From: Sphaerotilus sp.
GTDB lineage: Bacteria; Pseudomonadota; Gammaproteobacteria; Burkholderiales; Burkholderiaceae_C
Length of the DNA: 64,000 nucleotides
NCBI RefSeq assembly: GCF_034519685.1
Contig: NZ_JAXHOF010000003.1
Coordinates: forward strand, 528,967 to 592,966
Reading direction: 5' to 3'
Part shown: in pieces, positions 49,510-59,715 of the stretch
Layout: every line of letters starts with the position of its first letter
Position numbering within the stretch: the first letter of the stretch is position 1
Program-made: the position numbers and the translations under genes
Notes under the pieces: generated by a model
The model's database searches: none
Seen by the model: only the letters and a program-made list of their open reading frames with translations
Told to the model about the DNA's origin: nothing

Positions 49510-50561
49510 GAACCGCGCTCGCTCACCCCCGCCGAATCGAAGCTCGCCATCTCCTTCAATACGCGGCAGGCCGACTCCAGCAGCGGCCAAGCCAGCGCGG
49601 CGCCTGACCCTTCACCCAGGCGCATGCCCAGGTTCAACAGCGGCTCGGCACCCAAGCGTGCCAACCAGCGCGCATGCCCGCTCTCGGCCGAACAATGAGC
49701 GAACACGCAGCGCTCCAACACGGCAGGTGCCAGTGCTGCGGCCACGGCCACCGCCGCAGTGGTGATGAAGCCATCGACCACGATCACGCGGCGTTGACGC
49801 GCGGCTTGCAGTACCGCACCTGTCATGGTGGCGATCTCCAGGCCGCCCAGCGCAGCCAGAACGTCCAACGGTTCGGTCACCGCGGCGTTGGCTGCCAGCG
49901 CTTCGCGCAGTACCGCGAGCTTGCGCGCCAGGCCGGCGTCGTCCAGGCCGGTGCCGCGCCCTACGCAGGCCTGCAGCGGTTCGCCGCTCAGGCGAGCCAT
50001 CAGCACAGCGGCTGCCGAGGTGTTGCCGATCCCCATCTCGCCCAGCAGCAGCGCATTGCCCGGCAGGCCACTGACCAACGCGGCACCGTGCTCCATCGCA
50101 GCCTCGCAGGTCGCGCCGCTCATCGCAGGCCCCTGCGAGCTGTCGGCACTGCCAGCGCCCGTTTTGGCAATCACCAAACCAGGCCGTGGCGCAAAGTCGT
50201 GCCGCGCACCGCAGTCCACCACGGTGACGGCCAGGCCATGCTGACGCGCCAGCACGGACACGGCAGCGCCGCCGGCACAGAAGTTCTCCACCATCTGCCA
50301 GGTCACGTCGCTGGGGTAGGCGGAGACACCCCGCGCGGCAATGCCGTGGTCGGCCGCGAACACCACAAGCTGCGGCGACACGAGCTGCGGTTGCTCGCGC
50401 CCTTGAATCAGCGCCAGCTGTAAGGCCAGCGTTTCGAGCCGGCCGAGCGATCCCTGCGGCTTGGTCTTGCGGTCCAGCGTGTGCTGCACGCGGGCCGCGA
50501 GCGCCGGGTCGTGCAGGCTTGCAACGCTCAGGTGCGCCGCTGTCATGTGCGCGCCTGTCAT
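49506..50561 (-). CDS. cobT: nicotinate-nucleotide-dimethylbenzimidazole phosphoribosyltransferase CobT
   Basis: 351 aa. [12 protein letters not shown]...[12 protein letters not shown] signature. Alternative start at Met6 (50546). Confidence 0.9.
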   Translation of the reverse strand: MTGAHMTAAHLSVASLHDPALAARVQHTLDRKTKPQGSLGRLETLALQLALIQGREQPQLVSPQLVVFAADHGIAARGVSAYPSDVTWQMVENFCAGGAAVSVLARQHGLAVTVVDCGARHDFAPRPGLVIAKTGAGSADSSQGPAMSGATCEAAMEHGAALVSGLPGNALLLGEMGIGNTSAAAVLMARLSGEPLQACVGRGTGLDDAGLARKLAVLREALAANAAVTEPLDVLAALGGLEIATMTGAVLQAARQRRVIVVDGFITTAAVAVAAALAPAVLERCVFAHCSAESGHARWLARLGAEPLLNLGMRLGEGSGAALAWPLLESACRVLKEMASFDSAGVSERGS

Positions 50562-50728
50562 GTGCGGGCCTGCGCGCAGTGGCGAGCCTCCATCGGGCTC
50601 TCGTCACGGGCCTTGGTTCCGGCAGCGTGCATGCCCAGGCGCGCCAACAACTGCAGGTCGCCGTCGGTGTCCGGGTTGCCGGTGACGAGCAGCTTGTCGC
50701 CGTAGAAGATCGAGTTGGCGCCGGCAAT
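50558..50728 (-). pseudogene. bioB: 3' remnant of biotin synthase bioB truncated by IS66-family insertion
   Basis: [33 protein letters not shown]... matches the BioB C-terminus. The reading frame enters the IS inverted repeat at 50729. Confidence 0.6.
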
Positions 50729-50784
50729 GTAAGCGTTCAGCGAACCCCATCCTTGCGCCGTGCTCGGCGCTGTGGTGAGTTCGG

Positions 50785-52431
50785 CTACGTGGCTGCGCAG
50801 ACGGCTCCAGGACAGGGGTCGGCGATGGCTTTGGCCGGCTGCCAGTTGTGCGGCAACAGCTGCGCCAGGTCGCGGTTCTTCAGCGTTGGCAGCCGCTCGA
50901 AGACGTCCTTCAGATAAGCCCAAGGGTCATGCCCGTTGAGCTTGGCCGATTCAATCAGGCTCATCAGCACCGCGGCGCGCTCGCCGGCCATCTGCGAGCC
51001 CACGAACAGCCAGTTCTTGCGCCCCACGGCCAGCGGGCGAATGGCGTTCTCGGCCGCGTTGTTGTCGATGGGCACCGCCCCGTCGCCCAGGAAGGTCGTC
51101 AGTGCTGGCCAATTGCTCAGCGCATAGTCGATGGCCCTGGCCGTGGCGTCGGCCTTGACCAGCAGTTGGCGCTGACCTGTCAGCCAGGCATGCAGCGCAT
51201 CGGCCACCGGTTTTGATCGTTGCTGGCGCGCCAGCAGCCTGTCGTCGTTGCTGGCGCCCTGGACCTCGCGCTCGATCTCATAGAGCTTGGCGATCAGCGC
51301 GACGGCTTGGCCCGCGATCTGGCTGCCGTTGAGCTCGAACGCCTCGAACAGCTTCCTGCGGGCGTGCGCCATGCAGAACGCGGGGGTGATGCCCCGCCTG
51401 TGCAGCGCGTGGTAGCCCGAGAAGTCGTCGCTGACCAGCGTGCCGTTGAACCCGGCCAGCACGCGCTGCGGGTGCTCTCCCGCACGGCTGGCGGTGAAGT
51501 CGTAGAGCATCGCACGGCCTCGGCCCTGGGCCCCCACGAAGTTCGTCGTGTGGTACACCCAGACATAGGCCTTCTTGGTCTTGCCGCGCCCCGGCGCCAG
51601 CAGCGCCACCGGTGTCTCGTCAGCGTGCAGCACGGCGTGGCCGAGGATGAAGTCGGCCAGCGCCGCGGCCAGCGGCTGCAGCCGCACCCCGCAGATGCCC
51701 AGCCACTGGGCCATGCTCGAGCGCGGGATGTGCACACCACTGCGGGCGTAGATCTCGGTCTGGCGGTACAGCGGCAGATGGTCGTCGACCTTGGCGATGG
51801 CGACTTGGGCCAGCAGACCTGCAGCCGGGATACCCTTGTCGATCATCTGCGCGGGCATGGGTGCGGCCTGGATCGTCTGGCAGCACGCGCAGGCGTACTT
51901 GCCGCGGATGTGGCGCAGCACGAAGAACTGGGCGGGCACGCAGTCCAGTTGCTCGCTGACCTCTTCGCCGATGCGCTGCAGGGCCTGGCCGCAGGCGCAG
52001 TGCGTAGCGCCGATGTCGTGGTGGCGCTCGACGCGCGGCAGGCCAGCGGGCAGCGCCTGGCGAACGGCCTGGCGCTTGGTACGGGGCGCTGCCGCAGGCG
52101 TGCTGCCTTCTGTCTTGGCCGCATCGTCCTCCTGCGCGGTGTCGGCCAGGATGGCGTCGAACAGCACGGCCTGAGTGCTCGCATCCAGGCTCTCGGCCGA
52201 GGTGCCGAAGCGCCAGCGCTTCAGGCGTGCGACCTCGAAGTTCAGCGCCTCGATCCTGGTCTGGCTGAACTTCAGCTCGGCCTGCATGCGTTCGATCTGA
52301 TCGCGCAGCGCCTGCAGCGAATCGCTTGCCGGCACACCATCCGCGGCGGTGTCCAGGGCGGGCGCTGGCGGAGCATCGAGCATGACCAAAGTATGTCCCT
52401 CGCGCGTGCGCGCGAGAAGCCAGACATTCAC
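50785..52431 (-). CDS. tnpC: IS66-family transposase (TnpC)
   Basis: 548-aa ORF. Leucine-zipper-like N-terminus, CxxC zinc-finger region (HCACGQAL...YACACC), DDE core. The start may be Met17 (52383). Confidence 0.9.
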   Translation of the reverse strand: MNVWLLARTREGHTLVMLDAPPAPALDTAADGVPASDSLQALRDQIERMQAELKFSQTRIEALNFEVARLKRWRFGTSAESLDASTQAVLFDAILADTAQEDDAAKTEGSTPAAAPRTKRQAVRQALPAGLPRVERHHDIGATHCACGQALQRIGEEVSEQLDCVPAQFFVLRHIRGKYACACCQTIQAAPMPAQMIDKGIPAAGLLAQVAIAKVDDHLPLYRQTEIYARSGVHIPRSSMAQWLGICGVRLQPLAAALADFILGHAVLHADETPVALLAPGRGKTKKAYVWVYHTTNFVGAQGRGRAMLYDFTASRAGEHPQRVLAGFNGTLVSDDFSGYHALHRRGITPAFCMAHARRKLFEAFELNGSQIAGQAVALIAKLYEIEREVQGASNDDRLLARQQRSKPVADALHAWLTGQRQLLVKADATARAIDYALSNWPALTTFLGDGAVPIDNNAAENAIRPLAVGRKNWLFVGSQMAGERAAVLMSLIESAKLNGHDPWAYLKDVFERLPTLKNRDLAQLLPHNWQPAKAIADPCPGAVCAAT

Positions 52432-52473
52432 CCATGGACAAACGAGCCAAGCGACCTCCGCGATGCAGGCGGC

Positions 52474-52815
52474 TCACACCGTGGTGATCGCCCGGGGTGC
52501 GGGCATGCTCAGGCGCTGCCACGGCAGGCCGGCCACCAGCCAGTCGAACTGCGCCACGCTCAGCGTCATTGAGCCGCCAGCCTGGGTCGGCCAGACAAGA
52601 CCACCGCTCTGCAGGCGCCGCGTGCACAGCCACATCCCCATGCCGTCGTAGACCAGCACCTTCAGCCGGTCAGCGCGCCGGTTGGCGAACACATAGGCGT
52701 GGTGCGGCTGCGCGCCGCCGGCAAAGCCGCGCACCACCTGCGCCAGCAGCACATCGATGCCCCCGCGCAGGTCGCTCGCCCCCAGCGCCAGCCAGATCGT
52801 CTCGATGCGGATCAC
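52474..52815 (-). CDS. tnpB: IS66 Orf2 (TnpB)
   Basis: 113 aa. MIRIETIWLALGASDLRGGIDVL...VFANRRADRLKVLVYDG is the typical IS66 Orf2 sequence. Confidence 0.9.
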   Translation of the reverse strand: MIRIETIWLALGASDLRGGIDVLLAQVVRGFAGGAQPHHAYVFANRRADRLKVLVYDGMGMWLCTRRLQSGGLVWPTQAGGSMTLSVAQFDWLVAGLPWQRLSMPAPRAITTV

Positions 52816-53147
52816 CGGCTGAACTCACGCAGCCACGTGGCCAGTTCCCGAGCGTGGCTCAGCGGCCAGTGCACATCGACACGGCCCGCGCCCAGGCTCA
52901 GCTCGACGCGGATGCTTGCTGCCGTCGGCGCCACCGGCACCCGCACGCCAACAAATCCACCAGCCTGCAGGGGCAGCGCCGCCGCGACCCCATCAAGCCG
53001 CGCCCGCCACCGCCCAGCATGCGAACACCAGCTCTGCAACTCCTTGAGTTCAACCCCGTTGACCGCTGCCCACGCCTTGGCCTTCAGCCCAGACTTCCGA
53101 AACGCAGCCACCTGCGCCAGGCACCGCTCCAGCCGTTCCCGCTCCAT
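52812..53147 (-). CDS. tnpA: IS66 Orf1 (TnpA)
   Basis: 111 aa. Overlaps tnpB by 4 nt (ATGA). Position and size fit IS66 Orf1. Confidence 0.75.
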   Translation of the reverse strand: MERERLERCLAQVAAFRKSGLKAKAWAAVNGVELKELQSWCSHAGRWRARLDGVAAALPLQAGGFVGVRVPVAPTAASIRVELSLGAGRVDVHWPLSHARELATWLREFSR

Positions 53148-53243
53148 CTCCGCCTCGCCTCCTTCGCCTCTGCAATGGCTGCGAGATTGCCGGGCTCAAC
53201 ATCGGATGGAAAGATGGGTTCGCGGAACGCTTACGATCCTTCG

Positions 53244-53984
53244 GTGCTGCCGCAGCTGTCGTGCGACGAACGCGCACCCAGGCACTGGCCGGCGCCGACG
53301 GCAACACCTGGAAGCGCGCCGGGCCTGTACGCCATCGTCGACAGCAGCGAACGCCTGCGCGCCGTGCTGGCCGCCGGCGTGCGCACAGTGCAGTTGCGCA
53401 TCAAGCAGCCGCCCGGCGAAGCGGCCCTGCGAGAGATCCTGCGCGACGGCCTGGCTGCGGCTGCGCCCCATGGCGCAACGCTCTACATCAACGACCACTG
53501 GCAACTGGCGCTGGAACTCGGTGCGCCCGCACTGCATCTTGGCCAGGAGGATTTGCTCGGCCTGACGGCCGGCGAACGCGACCGGCTGCGCGAGGCACAG
53601 GCCCGCGGCCTGCGGCTCGGCCTGTCCAGCCACAGCCTGTGGGAACTGGCGCGCGCGGCGGCCTGGTGCCCGAGCTACATCGCCTGCGGCCCGGTCTGGC
53701 CCACCACGACCAAGGCCATGCCGTGGCGCCCGCAGGGGCTGCACAACCTGGCGTGGTGGGTGCGCATGGCTCCTGCGCCCGTGGTGGCCATCGGCGGCAT
53801 CCTCGGGCCGGCGCAGTTGCAGGCCGTCGCGGCGCAGGGCGCAGAAGGCGGCTGCGTGGTGCGCGGCCTGGGCGACGACCCGAGGCGCACACTGAGCGCA
53901 TGGCAGGCCGCGTGGCAGGCCGGGCTCGCGCAGCGCGGCCAAACGCAAGCTGCGCCGGTCGATTGGCCGCGGCCCAGCCTTTGA
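53244..53984 (+). CDS. thiE: thiamine-phosphate synthase ThiE
   Basis: GLYAIVDS...VRTVQLRIK...INDHWQLALELGA..LHLGQEDL...IACGPVWPTTTK...VVAIGGI. GTG 53244 lies 10 nt outside the IS. An in-frame ATG at 53214 lies inside the IS inverted repeat. Confidence 0.75.
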   Translation: MLPQLSCDERAPRHWPAPTATPGSAPGLYAIVDSSERLRAVLAAGVRTVQLRIKQPPGEAALREILRDGLAAAAPHGATLYINDHWQLALELGAPALHLGQEDLLGLTAGERDRLREAQARGLRLGLSSHSLWELARAAAWCPSYIACGPVWPTTTKAMPWRPQGLHNLAWWVRMAPAPVVAIGGILGPAQLQAVAAQGAEGGCVVRGLGDDPRRTLSAWQAAWQAGLAQRGQTQAAPVDWPRPSL

Positions 53985-54015
53985 TGGCGCGGCGCCGGTC
54001 CGGCCGCTGCCTGGC

Positions 54016-55275
54016 TCACCTGGCCGCCAGCCGAGCGCGCCGCTTCTTCGCCCACACCACCACCCCGGTGATGCTGAGCATCGCCACCACCAGACCCATC
54101 AGCGTCACGAACACCCGAAACGGCAGCCCCCACACCTGCGCGATGTGCAGCGTCACGAGCCAGGTGGTGATGGTGTCGCCGGCATGGCGCCCGCTCGGCA
54201 ACCAGCTGCGGCGCAACTCGCCGGTGTTCGCGTCGAACCACAGCCGCGTGCTGCCGAACTTCTCACGCACGTCGGCGCTGCTGCGCACGCTGTAGCGGTA
54301 CAGCGCCTTGTGCGGGTCGTAGCTCAGGGCTTGCGGCTCGACCACCTCGAAGCCCAGGCGCCGGCCTTCGGCTGCCATGTGCGCTTGCGCCATGCGATGC
54401 GCCTGGCGCCAGGGGATGCCGGGCTCGATCTGGTCGGCCTTGGGGCGTGGCCCGGGCACCGGGCCATCGTCGGTGGCGAAGAAGAGCTTCATCACCGGGC
54501 TGTACACGGCGTTCAGGTTGAAGGCAACGCTGCTCCAGGCCAGCACGAACAGCATCGCCCACAGCCACAGGCCGCCGGCGCGGTGCAGGTCGAAGTTGAG
54601 CTTGTAGGCGCCGCCGCGCCAGCGCACACGCCACGCCGGCATCCAGCGCTGCCAGCCACGGCGCGCGGCGCGCAGGGCTGAGGTGGCGTGCGACCGCGGC
54701 GCCTTGGGCGGCAGCGTCAACCACGCGCCGACAAAGCAGTCCAGCGTCCACAGCAGCGCCACGATGCCGAACACCCAGGTGCCCACCGTGCCCAGCGCAA
54801 GTTGCTGGTGCAGCTGGTAGATGAAGGGCAACAGGTTGTGCCAGCCCTGCGAGATGGCGCCCCAACGCCGTTCGCCCACGATGCCGCCGCTGAGGGGATC
54901 GATGAAGACTTCGTCGTTGGGCAACATCCGGTGCTCGCGCGATCCCGGGGGAATGGCACCTTCGATGAAAAACACCGCCGAACGGCCGGGCTCGAGCGGA
55001 CGCAGATCGACATAGTTCACCCAGGCCTTCGGGTAGGCCGCCGCCACCCGCTCGCGCAGGTCGAAGCGGTCCGGCGCTGTCGGTTGCGCCGGTGGCGCGG
55101 GCCGCGTTGGCAGGTGGTGAAGCTCGGCAGCCACCACCGCATCCAGCTCGTGGTACCAGACGATGAGACCGCCGGTCAGGCCGGCGAGAAGCAGAAACCC
55201 GGCGATCACCAGGCCCACCCAGCGGTGAAAGAGCAACCAGGCGCGGCGACTCATGGGCGGCGACAGCGGCGACAC
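54016..55275 (-). CDS. PepSY-domain iron-regulated membrane protein (PiuB-like)
   Basis: 419 aa. N-terminal RRAWLLFHRWVGLVIAGFLLLAGLTG and C-terminal TM segment, the typical PepSY_TM arrangement. Confidence 0.8.
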   Translation of the reverse strand: MSPLSPPMSRRAWLLFHRWVGLVIAGFLLLAGLTGGLIVWYHELDAVVAAELHHLPTRPAPPAQPTAPDRFDLRERVAAAYPKAWVNYVDLRPLEPGRSAVFFIEGAIPPGSREHRMLPNDEVFIDPLSGGIVGERRWGAISQGWHNLLPFIYQLHQQLALGTVGTWVFGIVALLWTLDCFVGAWLTLPPKAPRSHATSALRAARRGWQRWMPAWRVRWRGGAYKLNFDLHRAGGLWLWAMLFVLAWSSVAFNLNAVYSPVMKLFFATDDGPVPGPRPKADQIEPGIPWRQAHRMAQAHMAAEGRRLGFEVVEPQALSYDPHKALYRYSVRSSADVREKFGSTRLWFDANTGELRRSWLPSGRHAGDTITTWLVTLHIAQVWGLPFRVFVTLMGLVVAMLSITGVVVWAKKRRARLAAR

Positions 55276-55294
55276 GCTGGCTGATCGACAAGCA

Positions 55295-57595
55295 TCAGAA
55301 CCTCAGCGCCACACCGAGACGGATCTCCCGCCCGGGCTCGCGCGCGCCGACCACCCCCGCGAAATCCGGGATCGCCTGGAAGTCTTCGTTGCTGCCGTGG
55401 TCGAGGTAGTTCTTGTCGAACAGGTTCTTGACGACGAGCGAAACCACCACGCGCTCGTCCGCCCCCGAGCGCCAGCGCGCGTAAACGTCGTTGACGCCGT
55501 AGCCCGGCTTGCGCACGGTGCCCTCGCCGGTCTGCAGTGCTGCGATGCGCTGCACGTAGCGCCCCAGCCAGCCGAGGTCGATCTGCGGCGTCACGCGCCA
55601 GTCGGCACTGGTGGTCAGGGTGTTGCCCTGGCTGATGCCCAGGCCGTAGTGTTCGTAGCCGTTCAGCCGCGCCCCGTTGAGCGTGGCGCGGTTGTGATGC
55701 AACCCGGCACCCACGCTCAGGTTCTGCCAGGTGTAGGTGCTGTGCAGCAGGGCGCCGCGCGACTTCACGTCACCCACGTTCAGCCACAGTGTCGGCCGGC
55801 CCACCGGGTCGTTGATGGCGTCGGCGATCACCGTGTCGTAGGCCTTGCCATTGAAGCGCCACGCGCCGCTGGCGTATTCGAAGCCGAGTTCGCTGGTGCG
55901 CGCCTTCTCGGCCTTGAGCTGCGGGTCGTATGCGATGCCGTCGAGCTTGAAGGCCTCGCGCACGCCCGGGCCACGCAGTGCGCGAGCGTGGCCGGCCAAC
56001 AGCGTGAGCTGGGGCGTCAACGCATGACGCAGGCTCAGGTTGGGGCTGAACCCGCTGTCCTTCAGCTGCTGGCCGTTGGGGTCGGTGAGCGCATAGCGGT
56101 CGTAGCGCGCGCCGGCACCCAGCTGGGTCTGCGGCGTCAGCATGAAGCGGCCCTGCGCGTACAGGCCGGTGACGGTGCCGCGCTCGATGTCGGTTTCGGG
56201 CGCGCTGTCGGGGCCGAGCGTGATGCGGTCGCTGCGCCGATCTACGCCGTAGGTGATCTCGTGCGTACCCGCGCTCGCAGGAAAGCGGCTCGTGTTGCGC
56301 AGGTCGAGCCCGCGTGATTCGACGCGGCCGCGATACGGCCCGAAACGCGCGTTCTGGTCGAGCACGATGTCGGTGTCGAACAGGTTCAGCGCCAGGTCGA
56401 TCAGGCCACCGTCGGGCTGCCAGGCGTAGTTCAGGTTCCAGGTGGCGCGCTCGCTTTCGATGGGGTAGGCGCGGTTGAAGCTGCTCACCACCCACTGTGG
56501 GCGCTGGCTGCGGATGCCTTCGTCACCATGGCGCTCGTGGCTCAGGCGCAGCGTCTGGTCACGGCCGATCTGGCCCATCAGCTTGACGAAGTCGAACTGC
56601 TGTTGTGAACCGGTGGCGGCGACGGGTTGCCCGGCGCCGTCGTCGTAGTCCTTGCGGTCCTGGCGGGTCAGCGCCGCCAACAGCGACCAGTCGTCGGTGA
56701 GTCGCCCGAACACGCTGCCGAAGGCCTTGTGACCTTCGCCGTTGCTGAAGTACTCGGCCTTCAGCAGCGCCCCGGCGCGTTCGCCGGCGCGCAACAGGTC
56801 CAGCGGATCCTTGGTCACGAATCGCAGCACGCCACCCAGCGCACCGGGGCCGGCCGTCGCGTCGCCGGTGCCGCCCAGCGCCTCCACCCGCTTGAGCAGT
56901 TCCGGCTCGAGCTGCACACGCGCGCTGTGGTGGAAGGTCTGGCCCGCCTGTGGCGCGCCATCGACAGTGATGTTGAGCAACGTGTCCTCAATGCCGCGCA
57001 GGTAGATCTTCTGCGCGATGGCGTGTCCGCCACCGACCGCCATCTCCGGCTGCTTGGCGAACACGTCTTCCAGATCGCCGGCCGCGTAGCGGGCCAGCGC
57101 GTCGGCGGTGACGACGCCAGGTTCCACCGGCCCGGGCCGACCGCGGTTGCCGAAGATGCCGCGCTCGGGCTCGGCGCGCGCGCGAACCTTCACCTCGCCC
57201 AGCGTGGAGGTCGTTGCGCCCGCCGCGGCGGGCGCCGGCGCGGCCACGATCACCCAGGCGTTGCCGTCCTGCCGCGCCGCCAGGCCGCTGCCGGCCAGCA
57301 GGCGGTTCAGCGCGTCGGGCAGCGTCATGCGCCCTTGCACGGCAGGCGCCGCCTTGCCGGCAAGCTGTTCACTGTTGGCGACGATGGCCACGCCGGCCTG
57401 TCGCGACAGCGCCGCGATGGCCTGCGAGAGCGGCTGTGCCGTGATTTCGACGTTCACTGTTGCCGGCTGGGCCAGCGCCGCGCCAGCGAACGACAGCACG
57501 CACAAGGTGCCGAGCGGCGGCAGGGGCTGGGCCAGCGGCGCGCACAAAACTCGGGCTGCGGCTGCGATGGCGATACGGGAAAGGCGGTGATTCAA
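55295..57595 (-). CDS. TonB-dependent siderophore receptor with N-terminal signalling (STN) domain (FecA-type)
   Basis: 766 aa. STN-like segment QPLSQAIAALSRQAGVAIVANS...LPDALNRLLAGSGL. Plug and barrel. C-terminal ...GREIRLGVALRF. Confidence 0.9.
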   Translation of the reverse strand: MNHRLSRIAIAAAARVLCAPLAQPLPPLGTLCVLSFAGAALAQPATVNVEITAQPLSQAIAALSRQAGVAIVANSEQLAGKAAPAVQGRMTLPDALNRLLAGSGLAARQDGNAWVIVAAPAPAAAGATTSTLGEVKVRARAEPERGIFGNRGRPGPVEPGVVTADALARYAAGDLEDVFAKQPEMAVGGGHAIAQKIYLRGIEDTLLNITVDGAPQAGQTFHHSARVQLEPELLKRVEALGGTGDATAGPGALGGVLRFVTKDPLDLLRAGERAGALLKAEYFSNGEGHKAFGSVFGRLTDDWSLLAALTRQDRKDYDDGAGQPVAATGSQQQFDFVKLMGQIGRDQTLRLSHERHGDEGIRSQRPQWVVSSFNRAYPIESERATWNLNYAWQPDGGLIDLALNLFDTDIVLDQNARFGPYRGRVESRGLDLRNTSRFPASAGTHEITYGVDRRSDRITLGPDSAPETDIERGTVTGLYAQGRFMLTPQTQLGAGARYDRYALTDPNGQQLKDSGFSPNLSLRHALTPQLTLLAGHARALRGPGVREAFKLDGIAYDPQLKAEKARTSELGFEYASGAWRFNGKAYDTVIADAINDPVGRPTLWLNVGDVKSRGALLHSTYTWQNLSVGAGLHHNRATLNGARLNGYEHYGLGISQGNTLTTSADWRVTPQIDLGWLGRYVQRIAALQTGEGTVRKPGYGVNDVYARWRSGADERVVVSLVVKNLFDKNYLDHGSNEDFQAIPDFAGVVGAREPGREIRLGVALRF

Positions 57596-57761
57596 GTCTG
57601 GACTCCGTGCGGTTGAAACTCAACCTCGCGCGGCAGGCAGCCAATGCCTCCGGCAGTCCTTGGAGGACAGCCGGAGATCGCGAGGGACCGCGCGGAAGAC
57701 GCACCCCACGCCGAAGTCCGGACAGAAATCTTTTCGGCCGCCGGCCAACGCCCGCCGGGCT

Positions 57762-58850
57762 TCAGCGCCCGCCGCTGTCGCCCCGCCCCGCATTCGTCAG
57801 CTTCACGCGGTAGTGCAGCGGCCCGCGTTCCACACGCACCGGCAGCACCGCTGGCAGGCTCTCGACGAAGATCTTCGGTGCCCTGGCGTCGAAGCCTCCG
57901 CTGACGCGCAAGGCACGCAGCCGGGGATGCTCGGCCAGCTCGATCGGGTGCTGCAGGTAGGCGTTGAAGGCGGCCACGGCTTCGGCCAGCGGCGTGTCGT
58001 TGAAGCTCAACCAGCCGCTGCGCCATGCGGCGGCATCCTCGACGCTGGCCGGCCGCACTGGCCCCAGCCAGGGTTGCGCGCCCGGCTCGGTGTCCGAAGC
58101 GTCGACCGAGCGCAGTTCGATCTGCTGGCCCGCCCGGAGCAAGGCCTGCTCGGGGCCCGAGCGCACCTGCACCCGCCCTTCGGCCACCAGCACCCGCACG
58201 GCCCCGCCGCGATCGCTGACCGAAAAGCGCGTGCCCACCACCCGCACTTCGCCGGCGCGGGTGAACACGGTAAATGGCCGACCGGCATCCGACGCCACGG
58301 TGAACAGCGCGCGGCCATGAAGCAGCCGCGCCTCGCGCCGGTTGCGCCACAGGCTCAGCTCGACGGCGCTGTCGGCGTCGAGCGCCAGCGTCGAACCGTC
58401 GGGCAACGTGACACCTGGCATCAACTGCCCGATGCCGGTGGCGAATCGGCGGTCGAACAGTGCCTGCTCGCCGTGCCAGCGCCACAAACCCAGCCCCGCC
58501 AGGGCCGCCAGGCCAAGCGCCGTGCCGCCGCCCAGGCGTGACAGGGCACGACGGCGATCCGCGCGCGCGGGAGGCAAGCGGTCGTCGGCAGCGGGCAGCG
58601 AGATCGCGTCGCGCGAGGCCGCTGCCAAGTTACCCAGGCCGCCCCACAACTGTTCGGCCTGCTGCAGGGCGCGACGATGCTCGGCGCCAGCCTCGCTCCA
58701 GCGCCGCAGTTGCGAGGCCGCCTTGTCGCGGCCTGCCGCGTCGGCTCCGTCGCGCCGCGCCAGCAAGGTCAGCGCCCTTTCGAGCAGCGCCTCGGGCACG
58801 GGCGTCGCGCCGGCAGCGTCGGATACATCCACGGCCGTCACGCTGCGCAC
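57762..58850 (-). CDS. fecR: FecR-family anti-sigma / sigma regulator
   Basis: 362 aa. Lies between the ECF sigma gene and the STN-type receptor. One central TM segment. Confidence 0.8.
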   Translation of the reverse strand: MRSVTAVDVSDAAGATPVPEALLERALTLLARRDGADAAGRDKAASQLRRWSEAGAEHRRALQQAEQLWGGLGNLAAASRDAISLPAADDRLPPARADRRRALSRLGGGTALGLAALAGLGLWRWHGEQALFDRRFATGIGQLMPGVTLPDGSTLALDADSAVELSLWRNRREARLLHGRALFTVASDAGRPFTVFTRAGEVRVVGTRFSVSDRGGAVRVLVAEGRVQVRSGPEQALLRAGQQIELRSVDASDTEPGAQPWLGPVRPASVEDAAAWRSGWLSFNDTPLAEAVAAFNAYLQHPIELAEHPRLRALRVSGGFDARAPKIFVESLPAVLPVRVERGPLHYRVKLTNAGRGDSGGR

Positions 58851-59419
58851 TCCGCCGTGACGGGCGCAGACGGCAGTGTGCGCGCGGGCGCCACGTCAGA
58901 CCCCGGCTGCAGGCCCGCCAGGTCGCGCAGGTCCAGCGCGGCCCGCACGACGTTCTTTTCGACGGCAGCCACGCTCGATCCGAGCCGTGCCGCAGCCTCG
59001 GCGTGCGTGCAGCCAAGCACGCGCACCAACACGAAGGCGTCGCGGCGCCGATGCGGCATGCGGGCCAGGCGGTCCAGCAGCCGTGTGACCGCTTGGCGAC
59101 AGATCGATTCGTGCTCGGCGCTGGGCGCCGGCTCGGCGGGGGCGGCGCCGAGCCGCCGCAGCGCCTCGTCCTCCACGGCACGGCGGCGCGCCATGTCGAC
59201 GCACAAGTTGCGCGCCACCCCAAAGAGCAGCGCGCGCGGGTTGTGGACCACACTGCCCTGCCCGGGTCCCGCCTGGGCGTGCACGAAGACCCGCTCGAAG
59301 CTGGCCTGCGTCAGGTCGGCTGCATCTTCGGCATTGCGCAGGCGGCGCTGCAGGTAGCGCTTGAGCTCGCCGTAGTGCGCCAGGCAGTCGGCAAACCAGG
59401 TGGGCAAGGCGAGATCCAT
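58838..59419 (-). CDS. fecI: ECF sigma factor (FecI-type)
   Basis: 193 aa from ATG 59419. Region 2 (DAADLTQASFERVF) and region 4 (RRRDAFVLVRVLGCTHAEAAARLGSSVAAVEKNVVRA). Confidence 0.85.
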   Translation of the reverse strand: MDLALPTWFADCLAHYGELKRYLQRRLRNAEDAADLTQASFERVFVHAQAGPGQGSVVHNPRALLFGVARNLCVDMARRRAVEDEALRRLGAAPAEPAPSAEHESICRQAVTRLLDRLARMPHRRRDAFVLVRVLGCTHAEAAARLGSSVAAVEKNVVRAALDLRDLAGLQPGSDVAPARTLPSAPVTAECAA

Positions 59420-59668
59420 CCGCGCCGCCTTCTTCAGCGTGCCGAGCAGACGAAGCGCGCCTCGTCCTGGATCGGCGCGTGCTGCGCGGCCATGCGTGCA
59501 GCGATCTGGAGCGGTGTACGGCTGTGTGGATCGTGCAGGTTCTCGGCCATGCCGGCTCCGTCTTGCGTGGCCCGGATCGGGCAACAGGGTGGGCGCGGCT
59601 GGCGACGGGCTGGCGGCTCGGGACATGAAAGCGGGCACGCTTGGCACCGCAACGACAGACCGCATCAT

Positions 59669-59687
59669 AATGCGACTCGTTCGCATT
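59669..59687. promoter_or_regulatory. Fur-box-like inverted repeat AATGCGA-N5-TCGCATT
   Basis: Lies between the divergent fecI and fbpA genes. The same half-sites recur at 63107-63125. Confidence 0.5.
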
Positions 59688-59715
59688 ACACGCAACCCAG
59701 AAGGAGCCTGCCGAC

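Larger units (their letters stand above)
50729..53234 (-). mobile_element. IS66-family insertion sequence (3 ORFs)
   Basis: Imperfect terminal inverted repeats GTAAGCGTTCAGCGAACCCCATC (50729-) and GATGGGTTCGCGGAACGCTTAC (-53234). Contains tnpA, tnpB and tnpC. The flanking 8-mers CCGGCAAT and GATCCTTC differ, so there is no target-site duplication. Confidence 0.85.
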
